Assembly (NCBI GenBank): GCA_009103225.1 | Contig: RHPI01002533.1 | Coordinates: 1,920,616 to 1,984,615 of the forward strand | From: Chlorokybus atmophyticus | Taxonomy: Eukaryota; Plantae; Mesostigma and Chlorokybus algae | Reading direction: 5' to 3' | Length of the DNA stretch: 64,000 nt | Shown here: piece by piece, positions 47,453 through 62,667 of the stretch | Numbering within the stretch: position 1 is the first letter of the stretch | Layout of the letters: the number at the start of each line of letters is the position of its first letter | Notes under the pieces: model-generated | Seen by the model: the letters and a program-made list of their open reading frames with translations, nothing else | The model's database searches: none | What the model was told of the DNA's origin: nothing | Position numbers and translations under genes: made by a program

Positions 47453-49690
47453 ACGAAGTCTCCTGGCTGAAACTTTTGCAGTCTCGGCTTGTAAAAGCCA
47501 CTCCTCACCCTCGCATAGCGCAGTGTGTTGCGATGTTGCGCCACTTGCAAGTTGCCAAGAGCGATTGGCATCACACGCCGGAACACGCACGCTTCGCCAT
47601 CTCCTTTTCCCACACATTGGGATCCTCCAAGTCAAGCTCCTGCTCAACCTGTCTCCGGATTGATGTTGGCAATATGGGCTCCCTCCCGTACAACAAAAAG
47701 TAGGGACTGTATGAGCTCAACGCAGCCTGCCGCGTTATGCGATAGCCCATCGCCAGCCATGGCAACGCCAAGTCCCAGTCTCTCTTGTTATGGTTGAGAC
47801 AGTACTTGCGAAGCCCCTTCTTCACCACCAATACCATGCTCTCAGCAAGCCCATCGTCTTGAGGATGATCATGGGAAGTCCTTCGATGGTCGATAAAGGC
47901 TTGCGACACCAAGTCATCAAACTGGCCACGAAACTCGGTGCTTTGGTTAATGAGAACCTGAGCACAAGCAAATCCAAATTTGCTAAGGACATGATCAAGG
48001 AAAGCCTGAGCCACAAGCTTGCTCTCCTTCGATAGCAGCGCCACGATCTCGACCCACCAATCGTAAAAAATGCTCTATCATGACGAGCACGTAACGGTTG
48101 CCTCTTTTGCAAACCGATAGGTCTCCGGCCAGATCTAGGCTCCACCGATAGAATAGTCCTTGGATACGCAAAGGGTGCAACTGTGGGTGCTTGGTATTAA
48201 AGCTCGCCTTCACCCTGTCGCACTCCACACAGCTTGCAATAACTCCTGCCACGGTAGACTATATGCCAGCCCACCAATATGCTGATTGCACGAGCCCAAG
48301 TGTCCTCTTGACACCAAAGTGGCCCATCTTCTCATGAAGCAGCTCCACAAGCGGCTTCCTCTTATGTGGTTGAGGCACAATCCTCACATCTCCATCCGGC
48401 ATCAAGCGCACAAGGTGGTCTCCGTCCCACCGATAGCCTTGAGCGCGTTGCCACACGCGATCTCGCGTCACTGTGTTGCACCCAGCTTGAAACAGCCCAG
48501 TCTTGAGGTGAGCAACCACTTGCTCATCCCTTCAAATTTCTTTTAAAGCCTCTGCTTCCTCCCCTTCAAGGTCTTCAAGGTTTACCGTTGGGGCTGGTGC
48601 AGCCTCCAAAGGTGGCATTACACCATCGTTGTCACCCTCTCCAGCTGCGTTTGCGCGCGATGCGCATGCGTCCACCAAACCCGCCAACACCAGCAAGGAG
48701 GCCACACGGTAGGCCAAAAACCCAGCCACGGGCATGCCATAGTCATGTCTCGCCTCACTCTCATCTAACGATGAAGGGTTTGGGTTCCTACTCAGCCCAT
48801 TCGCGTCCATGTTGTCAACACCAGCTCGGTGTTCAATCTCAAACTCTTACTCCTGCAGTATGAGCGCCCATCTGGCATGTTTCCCTGTGAGCTTGTCATT
48901 GGTTATCAACCACTTCAAGGGCTGGTGGTTGGTGATGAGTGTGAAGGCACGGCCATACAGGAACGGTCTGAAGTGAGCTATGGCCCAAACTACTGCCAAA
49001 CACTCCCCCTCATAGGAGCTGTAGTTCGCCTCTGCGTTGTTGTTGCTTCGGCTGCCATATGCCACCACATACTCTTTCCCATCATCATCCTTTTTACACA
49101 ACACGGCCCCTATGCCCAAGCCGCTCCATTCCAAGTGTAGGATGAAGGGACGGTTGTTGTCCGCCCGTCTCAACACCGCGGTGCATAGCTGCTCTTTGAG
49201 AAGCTCAAATGCAGGTTGACACTCCTCCAACTAGCCACAGGCCTTGTCCTTTTGTAACAACTCATCAAAGGGCTTGCAAACTTGCTATACCCCTCCACGA
49301 ACCTTCGATAGTAGTTCGCCAAGCCGAGAAACGCCCATAGTCGGCTAATGTCTGTCGGTGCAGGCACTTGCACCAAGGCATCCACCTTTGCTTGCTGCAC
49401 ACGTACATCATCCGGCACTATCTCATGGCTGAGATAAGGGATACGATCAGCTCCGAACAAGCATTTCTCCGGGTGACACCTCATGCCGCTCTCGCACGTG
49501 CTTGAGCACGCGCTCCAAGTGCACGAGATGCTCCTCCATCGTGTGGCTAAACACAATATGTCATCAATGTAGCACCTTGCAAAGGGTAGACTATGAAGCA
49601 TACGGTCTATCACTCGCTGGAACTTCATCGGTGCATCCTTCAAGCCGAATGGCATGAGTGCAAGCAACACCTTTGGGAAGAGGTTCTTGG
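47453..49690 (-). pseudogene. Gypsy pol (RT, RNase H, integrase), degenerate
   Basis: PFGLKDAPMKFQR...CYIDDI; FILHLEWSGLGIGAVL...VAYGSRSNNNAEANYSSYEGECLAVVWAI; HFGVKRT...CVECDRVK; WSLDLAG; GLAES; GypsyRT-RH-INT order. Confidence 0.93.
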
Positions 49691-50436
49691 CTGAGCGGAT
49701 GCTTGTGCACATGCTTGCATGAATGGTGTGTGTGCACGTGTTCGTTGCTGTGCGTTGCTGTGCATGAAGGGGTGTGTCTCACTGTTGCGACCAGTTGACG
49801 CACGCGTATGGTCTGCCTTAGCATGTACTTTGAGTGAGGATTGAGTTTGGATGGCTCTACACAAGTGAACGGCTGATTGCAAGTTAAGTTGTGGTCATCT
49901 TGCCTATCATTTGCAAAGGGACACGCACCTCTCACTTGCATCCAACCAACCTAAGGAAACAAGCTAGCAAAGCCTTGTATATCACCGTTGAGCCCAAGCC
50001 CAACCAACTCTCCAACTATCCTAACTGTCAGTTTGCACCAGCATAGTAACAGTCATAATGGCGTTGATAAGTAACGGTAGACGGTTAGGAAAGGCTTATC
50101 CAAGCTCATCTTCTTCAAGTACACTTTAAGACGCATTTTTTTACGCCAACTTATGGTCAAACCGCCACTCCAACTGTAAGTTATGGCTTTTCAAAGTCAC
50201 AACTCCCAAAAAGCTGCGCGGGATACCATAATGACTCAAATATGCTGTCAGCTCGGTATCTGACTGCAGATACGTTTCGAACACACATCCCTCACGTCCA
50301 TGAGGATCCAAGCATGAGTTCCCAACGAAAACCCAACACATAAACCTTGTAAATTGGCTACGAGAGCCGAAATCCCAAGGTCCATCCATGCCGCAAGACC
50401 CGGAGGCACTATGACACTACATGCTCGCGCACGACA

Positions 50437-50618
50437 AAAGACTCCGTGGGAGCTGAGCAAGTGTTTGGCTGCATTGCATATGTGTTGACACCCAAGCAGC
50501 AAAGGAAGAAGCTGGACCCGGTCAGCAAGAAAGATGTCTTCCGTGGCTATGAGCCTGACTTCAAGGCTTATAGGGTGCTGCTGGAGGATACTCAGAAGAT
50601 TGTAATCAGCAGAGAAGT
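50437..50618 (+). pseudogene. Continuation of the Copia pol (post-integrase SH3-like region)
   Basis: KTPWEL...VFGCIAYVLTPKQQRKKLDPVSKK...GYEPDFKAYRV...VISREV. Confidence 0.88.
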
Positions 50619-51349
50619 TGTGAAGAATCTAGCAAGTTATGCAGTGTTCTCTACATGTATAGCATATGACACTTACGTGCTATCGTCCATTTAGCTTAGC
50701 TAGCCCTATTATAGCTTATTAAGTTGGTACTTGATAATCTACTCATCGACTGCAGTTGTATGTATAGGATGCAGGCAGTTAGAACCGGTACAGTCTGGTC
50801 TGGTCTTTGGTAGGACCCAAACTGAGGGCCCGAAGCCGACAGGCCGCGGACTATTGCATTAGTTCACTTCTCGGGTCACTTCGTTGGTGGTGTATGTTGT
50901 GCATAGGCATGGCTGGAGCTCAGTTCGATATGCACTTGTATTAGGAGACATTAGCACTATGTGTGCACTGCATGAGTTCATGCAGTGCCTGCATATAATG
51001 TGCTGTAGATATTAGCCTTGGGGTAGATATCTGCAGTAGGCTAGGAGTATTCTCCTGTATGTGGCTGCCTAGGGTATATAGGCCTCGGGACAGCCGCCAG
51101 AGTGTAGATCGGACAGACTCAACTAGACAGTCAGTAGATGAACTTACGAGAGTTGAGGTCTCCTTGCTGTTGTGTATGACTTGTACCCTTGCGCAAACTC
51201 TGTGTGTGCATGCATACATGCAGTAGAAGGTCTGCATCCGTGTGAGCAACTTTGTGCTTGTATACTACTGCGTAGCTGCATTGTGTGTATAGAGTCTCAG
51301 CTCAGCACTCTGCTCTCTGTACAGCACTAGTTGGCAGCAATCTGCCAAC
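50619..51349 (+). mobile_element. LTR-like repeat related to 19945-20360
   Basis: Begins TGTGAAGAAT; shares GACCCAAACTGAGGGCCC...GCCGCGGACTATTG...GGTCACTTCGTTGG with the 19945 copy. The right end (...GCCAACA) is approximate. Confidence 0.6.
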
Positions 51350-54300
51350 ATCAACGAGACAACAGGCAAGCTGGAGGAACCTAATGCGCGTGAGCGCCAG
51401 TGCGCCATGAGCATCTTCCCCAACAGTATCACGGGGTGGCAGCTGAACGGCAGTCAGCAATGCCAGCTGCTTGGCCGCACCATAGATTGGAACAGCATGG
51501 CATGGTTGCTAAAGCTGAGCTTCGCGTTGTTGGACCGCCACGTGTTCTTCGAGGATCTCGAACATCTAGCGGGGGGGTGGGTTGATCGCGTTGCCGACAC
51601 CAAAGCAGCTCACACAATTTTTGAGGTGGCGCACATGGAAGAGCAAGCAGCAGTCACAGTGGAAGACATTCCCGTGGTTGCCAACGCAACATTATGGGAC
51701 CATGCCATTGACCCTCTTGCCTTAGAGGACTCGTGAGACAAGCTGGAGGCTCTCCTCAACAAATGACGGAGCCAATATAGCTTCAACGTAAAGGAGATAT
51801 ATACATGTTCAGTGTATCACATGGACATTGAGTTGGTCGACATCGAGACGGTGTTTCAATGGCAATACAGGCTATTCAAGTTGAAAGAGGACCTGGTGGA
51901 CCAGAGGTGTACGGCGTTGCTTAATGCAGGCCTCTTGAAAAGTCCATACTAGACTTTGCGGCCGCGACAGTCATGCCCTTGAAAAAAGACTTCGCAGGCA
52001 ACTGGACAGAGCGACGCATGTGTCGCGTTTATTGCCCTCTCAACAACAAGACCAAGCAAGACTGGTACCCGACGCCCACAGCAGAGGGTATCTTTGATGA
52101 TGTAGGGGACTGTACAAACGTTAGCATCCTTGACATGCGGGTACAGCCTAGGGTACAACCTAGGGTACATCCAAATTGAGCGGATAAGCACAAGACCTTC
52201 TTCTGGGGCAACAATTGTACCAATGAAAGGTGATGTCGTTCGGGCTGAAGAATGCCCCCGCAAATCCAGCGCTTTATGGACAAAGCCTTAAAAGGACTGA
52301 ACTTCGTGCGATGCTACATTGACGACATCCTTATCTTCTGCTGCAGCAACGAGGAGCATCTGTAGCACATCGAAGCAGTGCTAGAACGCCTTACAAAGAG
52401 TGGAGAACACTGTGCACCCCGACAAGTTCACTTTCTTTCTTCACCCACAAGGTATCGTACTCGGGGCACATGATTGTGCCCCACGGTGTGTATGTACAGC
52501 AGGCAAAGGTGGAGGCCCTGGCAGCTATCCCTACCCAAACGGACCTCACACACCTGCGCGCCGTTTTAGGCCTTGCCAACTACTCACGTCGGTTTGTGAA
52601 AGAATTCGCTAAGATCGCGCAGCCCCTCAACAAGCTGCTGAAGAAGGAGGTGGAGTTCGCGTGGAAGCAGCCTCAGCAGCAGGCCTTTAAGAAGCTGAAG
52701 CGCAGGCTCACCACAGCTCCTGTTCTTCAACGCCCTAACACTGGTAGAAATGGGATTCGGCAAGTCGGGCTGGATCCTTAACTTTATTAAACTGTCAATG
52801 CATAGTTTGTTAGGGATTCGCAAGATCCCTAATTAATTTATAGCTAGATCCGAATATGAGTTAGAAACTATTACAAGCGGCCATCGGGCGGTCGCTTAAT
52901 TTGTACTAGATCTCCAACAACGTTGAGGACCGCGCGTTACAATTGATAACAACTACGATCGTGACGAAGACCTGTACGAATGTATGTAAAAATTGACCAC
53001 TTCTCTAACGCCGTTGGGGACACGGTGGTTTTATTACAGCGCATTTAGGTAAAAACAATGGGGTACGAATCATTGTTGCGACCGTGATTGCTTCCATCAT
53101 TGATGCATGGATCTAGCAGTCATAAACTTGTAACGTCGGTAGCTACACCGCACTATTACAACCGCCTGAATTACTTGCCACCTGATCATCAATATATCGC
53201 CGGTCCAAGCTTGCCTGTAGGTACTTAAGTGCCTACAGGTGTGCCCGCGGCCTACCTGTTACTTGTCTTATTGATGACGCATCATACTATGACCAGTGGT
53301 CATTGACCACTCTATTGATTAATAACGCACCGGCGCAACTTGCCAATGGTAGGTGACATAGAAAGTTTATGGCAACAGCTTGCTTGTAATTAACGCTGTA
53401 ATTGGATGCTTGGCGTCGCTAACCCAGGTTAAAGTCCCCACGCCTCTCGCAGACAAACAACTTATATTAAAACACCTATCGATACACAGCTGTTAAATAG
53501 TAATAAGCGATGTATCGAGGTGTCTACAGTATTTCGTAATGTGTACACATGTAACATTTATTTTGATCATTATCGGTATGTATACACATAATATAATGAA
53601 AAACTGTAAACACCTGTCAGTACTGTTTACCGGTACAGTGTACAGTGTAGTGCTGTTGTATGCAACCGTGGTGCATGTCGCGGGACACATGTTATTCATT
53701 TCGTAAACATGAATGCAATATAACTGGCACGTGGAACAATTGACGGAGCAAGTATCTAGACAATGTATTTAGCAAACACCGCTCACCGTGTTTTGTGTCA
53801 TCGTAGTCTAGTCGGTGCTAAGGTCGTTAGGTTGTGGCTTATTAACCCGATAGACTCGTCCGCGAAAGTTCAAAATCCGGCGATGGAGACGCGAAATGCT
53901 CGATGTTGCGACGATTTTGGCTTTTTGCCGCGAATTGTGGCCATAACATTTCTTGTTAGATCACGCATTAAGATTAATCCCCTTAATATATGGTCTAACC
54001 AAAAATTAATATGGGATGTGGCCATTCATAAATTCAAGAAAAGACGGATACTGAACATAATGCACACCAACTACTTGACCTTAACGGCAGCTGGATACCA
54101 AACTAAGTTTTGGCTGCAGCTAAGAAAAAGTGCAAAAACCAATACGTTGCTTGCATATGGATCCCTAAGTAAGTTATAGCTAGTTCTCCATTAAGTTGTG
54201 GGCAAGACCGAACTGTTGGGGGGCCATTTCTACCGGTGTAACTACATCAAGCTCTTCATCCTCCACACCGAATAGAGCAAGCTCGAAATGGGAGCTGTGC

Positions 54301-55214
54301 TAGTGCAGCACGATAAGAGTAAGAAGGAGCGGATGGTGTCATACGCTAGCCGGAGCAACAACATTGCCAAAACCGATTATAGCAGCTACAAGGGCAGGTG
54401 CCTCAATGCAGTGTGGGCTATCTTCTTCTTCCGGCCCTTCCTCTTCGGTCGTCAGTTCCAGTCGATCACCGATCATCAGCCATTCAAGTGGTTGATGACC
54501 AACGAGCACTTGACAGGAAAACTTGCCCAATGGGCCCTGCTATTGCAGAAACACAACTTTAACATCAACCACCGCCGGCCTTACCAATCAAAACGCCGAC
54601 GGGCTCAGTCGTAAACCCCACCTCATATCAATGATGCATTCGAAGCTCGTTGTGAGCTTAGTTTGGCAGCTGTAGCTTCAAAAATGGCTGCCATGTTCGC
54701 TGTCGGCGCATTGGGCTCTATAGGAGGAGCAACACAGTTGCCACAGCTGTCATTGAGGAGGTGCCTGCTTTTCAGCCAACCAGCCCCGCAACAGGTACAA
54801 CAGAAGGAGACACTCCCGTCGTCGCCGCCGAGGTTGATGACGTGGAGCTGGCACCCACAAGGCAGGACATTTGGCCGGACAAGCCACCCTCCCTTTCCTT
54901 GCTTCAGATACATTAGCTCTCCGCAGGCATGTGCGCGAGAAAAACCGCGTCAACCAACGCACTTAGCCCTACCGTTGGGCAGACAATAAGATGTATCACC
55001 GTCTTCATAATGAAGACAAGGAGGTGCCGACACCAGCCACACGGGATGGCATCATCACTGCCCTCCACACTAAACTTAAAAACTCTGGTGTCAAGCGTAC
55101 AGTCTGCTTGATAGGGGCACAATATTGGTGGCATGGGTTGTACAAGCATGTGCCATAGTTCGTAAGCAACTGTCAGCAGTGTGACATGGTGCGCGCCAGC
55201 CTAAACACGCGCAG
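51350..55214 (+). mobile_element. Second Ty3/Gypsy pol (RT, RNase H, integrase zinc finger), degenerate and interrupted
   Basis: RRMCRVYCPLN; MSFGLKNAP...CYIDDIL; LTTAPVLQRPN|YIKLFILHT; SYASRSNN...WLMT...GKLAQW; YWW...CQQCDMVR. Confidence 0.9.
52739..54238. mobile_element. 1,500-bp non-autonomous CACTA-type element
   Basis: TIRs CACTGGTAGAAATGG and (reverse complement) CACCGGTAGAAATGG; 3-bp TSD TAA (52736-38 and 54239-41). Excision restores Gypsy RPNYIKLF. Confidence 0.95.
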
Positions 55215-55620
55215 CACTGGCAAAAATGGCCCCCCAACAGTTCGGCCTTGTCAACTTAAATGGAGATCAAGCCATAACTTAATTAGGGATCTGTATGTAA
55301 GCAACGTATCGGATTTTGCATTTTTACCTGCTGCAGCCACAACTTAGTTTGGTGTTTGGCTGCCAGTAAGTAGTTGGTGTGCATTAAGTTTAATATCCGT
55401 CTTTTCTTGGAGTTAATAAAGTCCACTTCCTGTACTATTTTTTGGTTAGATCATGCATAAAGAGGATTAAACTTAATGCATGATCAACCCTAAAATGTAA
55501 TGGCCGCAGTCTTGAACTTAATAATGTCCACATCCTGTACTATGTTTTGGTTGGATCATGTATTAAGGGGATTAAACTTAATGCGTGATCTTACCCTAAA
55601 ATGGTATGGCCGCAGTCTCC
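55215..55620 (-). mobile_element. Inverted, truncated second copy of the right end of the 1.5-kb CACTA-type family
   Basis: CACTGGCAAAAATGGCCCCCCAACAGTTCGG...AAGTAGTTGGTGTGCATTA...TATCCGTCTTTTCTTG aligns with the reverse complement of ~53930-54238. No partner TIR was seen. Confidence 0.85.
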
Positions 55621-56483
55621 AAGAACCGCACATTATTATTCAGCATAACTCATGCACTATAATAAAACCATTAATAATTGTTCATGTATAAGCTAATAAC
55701 TTGCGAGTGGGTACTTATATATGACACCGTCTGACCCCCGCCTGCCTTATTTAAAAAGAGTGTCGAATAAGCTTTGTACACAAAAACTATCCGACATAAA
55801 TTGCACAAGCGAACTTATGATGCCGCATCATAGTTTCGTTGTTAGCTTTTAGAAGCTGAAAATAAATCCAAGTCCTCGTAACAACATACTTCATAACATT
55901 AACATGATGATTGCTATTCCATATGACTGCAAATCATCATTGCTATGATATTGCAATTATGTATTATGTCATATTAGATCATCCCCCCCTCCCCCCTCCC
56001 TTCGCTTTGTAAGTAATGGCAAAGAGTGATTGGGTGGACGATTTTACATCATGACATCATTCATATTCTTGAATGACATTCCTTGGGCGCTAATGGAGGA
56101 GGTGGCCATGGACGCCGCAACGTAGCAGAAGGGAGGACCCAAAGGGCTGATGATGCTCACGGCTGTCTTATATTAGTGGCTTTTGCTTGAAGACTGAAAG
56201 TTAATGATTATGGGAAGAGGAGTTTCATATAATTTTGGGGTGAACCGGTAGCGCATGAAAGGTGTGATGAAGTTAAAATGGGGTTTGGTCGAGAAGGGGG
56301 TCGCCCAAGATCCCGAATTGTCCAATGGCAGCGTGGAGAAAAGGGAGAACTCGAATGTAAACGCCATCGAAAGAATCCAAGTTTTTTGTACGCCTGAGTC
56401 CAACCACTTCATTGTATTAACCATGACCGTTACACTCATACCAACCTATATCCCAACAACGCTATTGTAGTTGCAAACTACCA

Positions 56484-58813
<2,330 letters not shown>

Positions 58814-59139
58814 GACGACGACCACGCCAACAACCACGACGCCAAAATCAACAACAACAACACGGAGACCACATAGCTCACAACTTCCAGCTTCCAGCTT
58901 CTAGCCCAAACCTTCAAGCGCTGAGCTCGACTCATAGAGCTGCATGCCAGGCAGTGGTAATTGTTTTGGGGCCGCCGGCGGCAGCGGGGGGCGAAGCAGG
59001 TGGCGGCGTTGCGGGGCCAAGTCTCTTCGTCGTCATCGTCGTCCTTTTTGGCGTCGCTGTTGCCTTCATAGTCGGCCGGCCGCAGTCAGGGCGGGAAGCT
59101 ACGGGGATAGGCAGAGCAGAGGCGCAGTGAGCGGGTGCG

Positions 59140-62100
59140 ATGGCGCTCAAGTTCTTGAACAAGAAGAGTTGGCATACGGGAGGCCTGAAGCAGATTGAAG
59201 CAGTGTGGAAGGCTGAGCAAAAGGATGCTGCGGAGAAGTCCAAGGTCAGACAGCGTCACCATCAATTCTGTAACTGCTTGTCATTCACTCGGTCAGTTAC
59301 TTCAGGCAGTCGAGGGTTTTTCGTCCCTTTTTTTTGTTTTTTTCTGTTAGGTGCTTAGCTGCAATAAGGTGTTGTCAACGTGTGTGTTGTTTCCTGTCAT
59401 GAATTGTCTTGTTGCTGCAACGTAGCTCTGCAAGCTTATGGAAAGTTGTGGCCAAGTTGTTGAGCAGGGTGCCTAGCGATGGCTTCTCATGATTACCTGA
59501 AAACTCATCACCAAGTATGCGCACGTCTTTTGGTGTTGTGTGACTATCATCACGTGCATGAACAGCGCTCAATGAGATTGTGGGAAGTGTGTAGCTATGA
59601 ACAGTCGGAATAATTATTGTCATGGCATTGTTGTCAATGTTAGATTGTTCACATGTAAGCTCAACACTATCCGCAATGGCATTAAGACAGTTGTTTCTAT
59701 ATGCGGTGAGATGTGTGCACAATTGTGCAGTTGTGCGTCGGTGTGGGTACGTATGTGTATGCGTACGTTGGCAGATGGGCGCGTGCGCGTGTGCACGCAC
59801 GGTGTCACGCACCGCGACTCTCAACTTTGGATACAAACATGCGCACACGTACAGTGTCACATTGTAGTGTTGCTTTTGGGCTCAGTTGCGTGTCCAACGT
59901 TATTCTTTTCACTCACCTATGCCTCTGCTAGTTGGAGGAGCTGCGGCGCGAGAAGGAGAAAGAGCGAGAGCAAGAGGAGCTCAAGCGCCTGCAGGAAGAG
60001 GCCGGCCTTGTCGTGTAAGTCAACATGGCCTGCGGGCAACAGTTGTGGCATACTGCTTTCTGTCGTTGTGTCAATATCTCTACATGGGTTGGCATACACA
60101 CGTTGTTGAATTTTGTGGACATGGTCGGTCGGTTGCTTGCAAGCATTACGCATTGAAGTATCTATTACTAGTACCATGGCTCTTATGAACATGCTCAGAA
60201 GCATCTACAACGCTTCTGACACTGGTGTCGCTATCGCTGTGACTGGAATCTTACTGGAAACACTGTGGTTTTGTTCGCTTAATTACAAGCGTGCACGCAT
60301 GTCTACAAATGCTTTGCTTGTGCAGTTGCCTGTTGTGGTGTTTTTTGTGGTCCAAATCAGCAGATTGGTTGCCGTACATCATCAGTCAGTCCTTACATGT
60401 GTGTGTATGCTTTGCAAATAGGCGTCAAGACCGGTTGGACTTCCTGTATGAGGGTTCGATCGCGCTCGGGGCGCAGCACCAGGCCCCATCAGCAGAGGAG
60501 TACCTGCTCGGCAAACCCGTCAAACCACCAGAAGAAGAAAACGCTCTCCAACAGGCACGTATCGCTGAGTCTTGTCACATATTGCCTGCAGACTGATACT
60601 TGTAACCGATGCTCACAACAGTGTGGTAATGCAACACTATCATTCTACATTCAGCAGATTGCAGTTTGTACTCATCATGGAGGAATGGATGTGGACATCA
60701 CATACCGTTCTGGAGTTACGACTCACAGCCATCGTTCTTACTTGCAGTTGACTGCGGTGCCGGGGTCGTTGTTTGTGGAGGCCAGCGCCTTGCCTACCGC
60801 AAATGAGGCGTGGGCGCGGCTCCATGGCGACCCGCTGCTGCAGATACGGCAGCAGGAGCAGGCGGCCCTGGCGCGCATCAAGCAGAACCCCGTCAAGATG
60901 GAGCAGATACAGAAGCAGGTACTGTACTTGTGTTGCTTGGCTACTGCAGTGTCTTACGTGAATTCAAGCCACAGCACAGTATTGCCGCAGAGGCTGTATT
61001 TGAACTATTGTGTATAAACTATTGTTCAGTAGCGCTATTTATGAGCATGTGTGCGTGCCTTGCGCAAGGCATGCATGCTTATGTGTATATGTGTATGCAC
61101 ACGAGCACATGCAGATGCAAATACACCCACGCACACATGCCCACACCCACGAAACCATGTACACATTCACGCACGCATGTACACCCCCATGTACACACAC
61201 TTGCGTGTACGTGCAGGCGCTAATACCAACATATGTTTGTGCACACATGTATGGCATGCTGCAATTCTGCGACAGATTTGGCAGGCCCTCCTGTTTGTGT
61301 CACTCAGCTCTTGAGCATGTGGTATGAAACGCTCGTTGGTCTTAGCTTTTGTGTTCCTAGGCAAGTTTGGAGAAGAGCAAGCGTGATGCGATGAAGAAAG
61401 AAGACAAGCGCAAGCGCAAAGAGGAGAAAAAGCAGCGAAAACTGCAGGCGAAGGCCGGGACTGACAGTCATAACCGACATGATGATGAGGTCGTTGGTTC
61501 CCAGCACAAGAGACACCGCGATGATAGTTCGGTTGACCGCAAGCATGATGTCGAGCATGACAGAGACAGAATTAAGTACAGAGACAGCGACAGAGACAGA
61601 GGCAGAGAAATGGATATAGGCAGAGACAGGGAAAGAGACAAAGACGGAGACAGAAACAGGGATATGTACAGAGACAAGGGTGGTGATAGGCGCAGAGACA
61701 GGGTTGATGACCACAGGGACAGGGTCAGGCATGATGATCTAAGAGGGGCTGAGAGAGACATTGGAGGCGACAGGGATAGGGAGGTCCACAGGGACAGGAG
61801 ACATCATGAGAGAGAAAGGCGGTGTGGCAATGATGATGAAGAAAGGAACACGCATAGGAATGGACATGTGAAGGAAGAACGGAGGGATGATGTGGCTGTT
61901 GAGGCCGATGCAGCGCGGAAGCGCCCGCGTGAAGATGATGCAGATGTGAAGCCATCTGCTTTGGTGCGTGTTGATGAGTGAACTGTTTCAGTAGCGTTGC
62001 ATTGTTTGATGTTGTTTTGTTGATGAAAGTGTTGCAGGTGAAGCGGGCTCCACACAGGCCGGGCCGAATGACCGACGAGGAGCGCGCGCGGCGGCTGGCT

Positions 62101-62667
62101 GAGATGTCTGTTGATGCTGAGGTATGCGCTGCAGTACATTTATACTGTAATTACGCTTGCATGAATCTTTATCTTTTAGTGCACTTCTCTGTGGGTATCA
62201 TATCACTTCACCTGCTACATCAGCAAATATGTGTCAAGCACACAATATGTTGCCGCAAATGTGTCAGTTGTCTGCGCTGTCACTCGCAGTCTCTCCTTGC
62301 ATACTTATTGCATCAGCACCACCACAGGCACTTACATGCATGAAAGCTTACAAGAGTGTTTGCTTCACCTTCCACAGCGTCCACACATTGTGCACGTGTA
62401 CGCGCCTGTTATGTGACACTCCCCACTGCTTCCATCCAGGTGCACGAGAAGCAGCGCGTGGAGCGTCTCATGTCCGCCCGTCACGCCGAGCAGCGCGAGG
62501 CGGAGGCGCAGCTCGTCGGCAAGCACGCGAGTTTCATGGACGCGGCGGGGCAGTCGGTGTACGGGGCGGGCGCGGTGTCGCGCGGGACCGTTGAGGAGAG
62601 TGTACGGAGAAGGGCGCATTTCAGGCAGCGGGATACGGGAGATGCCAAAGCGTTCCAGCGAGGCTAG
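59140..62667 (+). CDS. CWC25: Pre-mRNA splicing factor CWC25, 7 exons
   Basis: MALKFLNKKSWHTG...VWKAEQ; RLDFLY; EEYLLGK; PGSLF...DPLLQIRQQEQ...NPVKM; RD-rich region; DEERARRLAEM; stop at 62667. Confidence 0.93.

Larger units (their letters stand above)
23363..50436 (-). mobile_element. PHD-bearing Ty3/Gypsy element (degenerate) inserted in Copia and itself split by the CACTA element
   Basis: Termini TGTTGTGC and GCACGACA are inverted repeats, flanked by the 4-bp TSD AAAG (23359-62 and 50437-40). Removing the element restores Copia RAQAKTPWEL. The two LTR remnants do not align with each other. Confidence 0.7.

Noticed and set aside
53763-54179. ORF inside the 1.5-kb non-autonomous element
   Set aside because: No transposase or other motif, in AT-rich subterminal repeat DNA.
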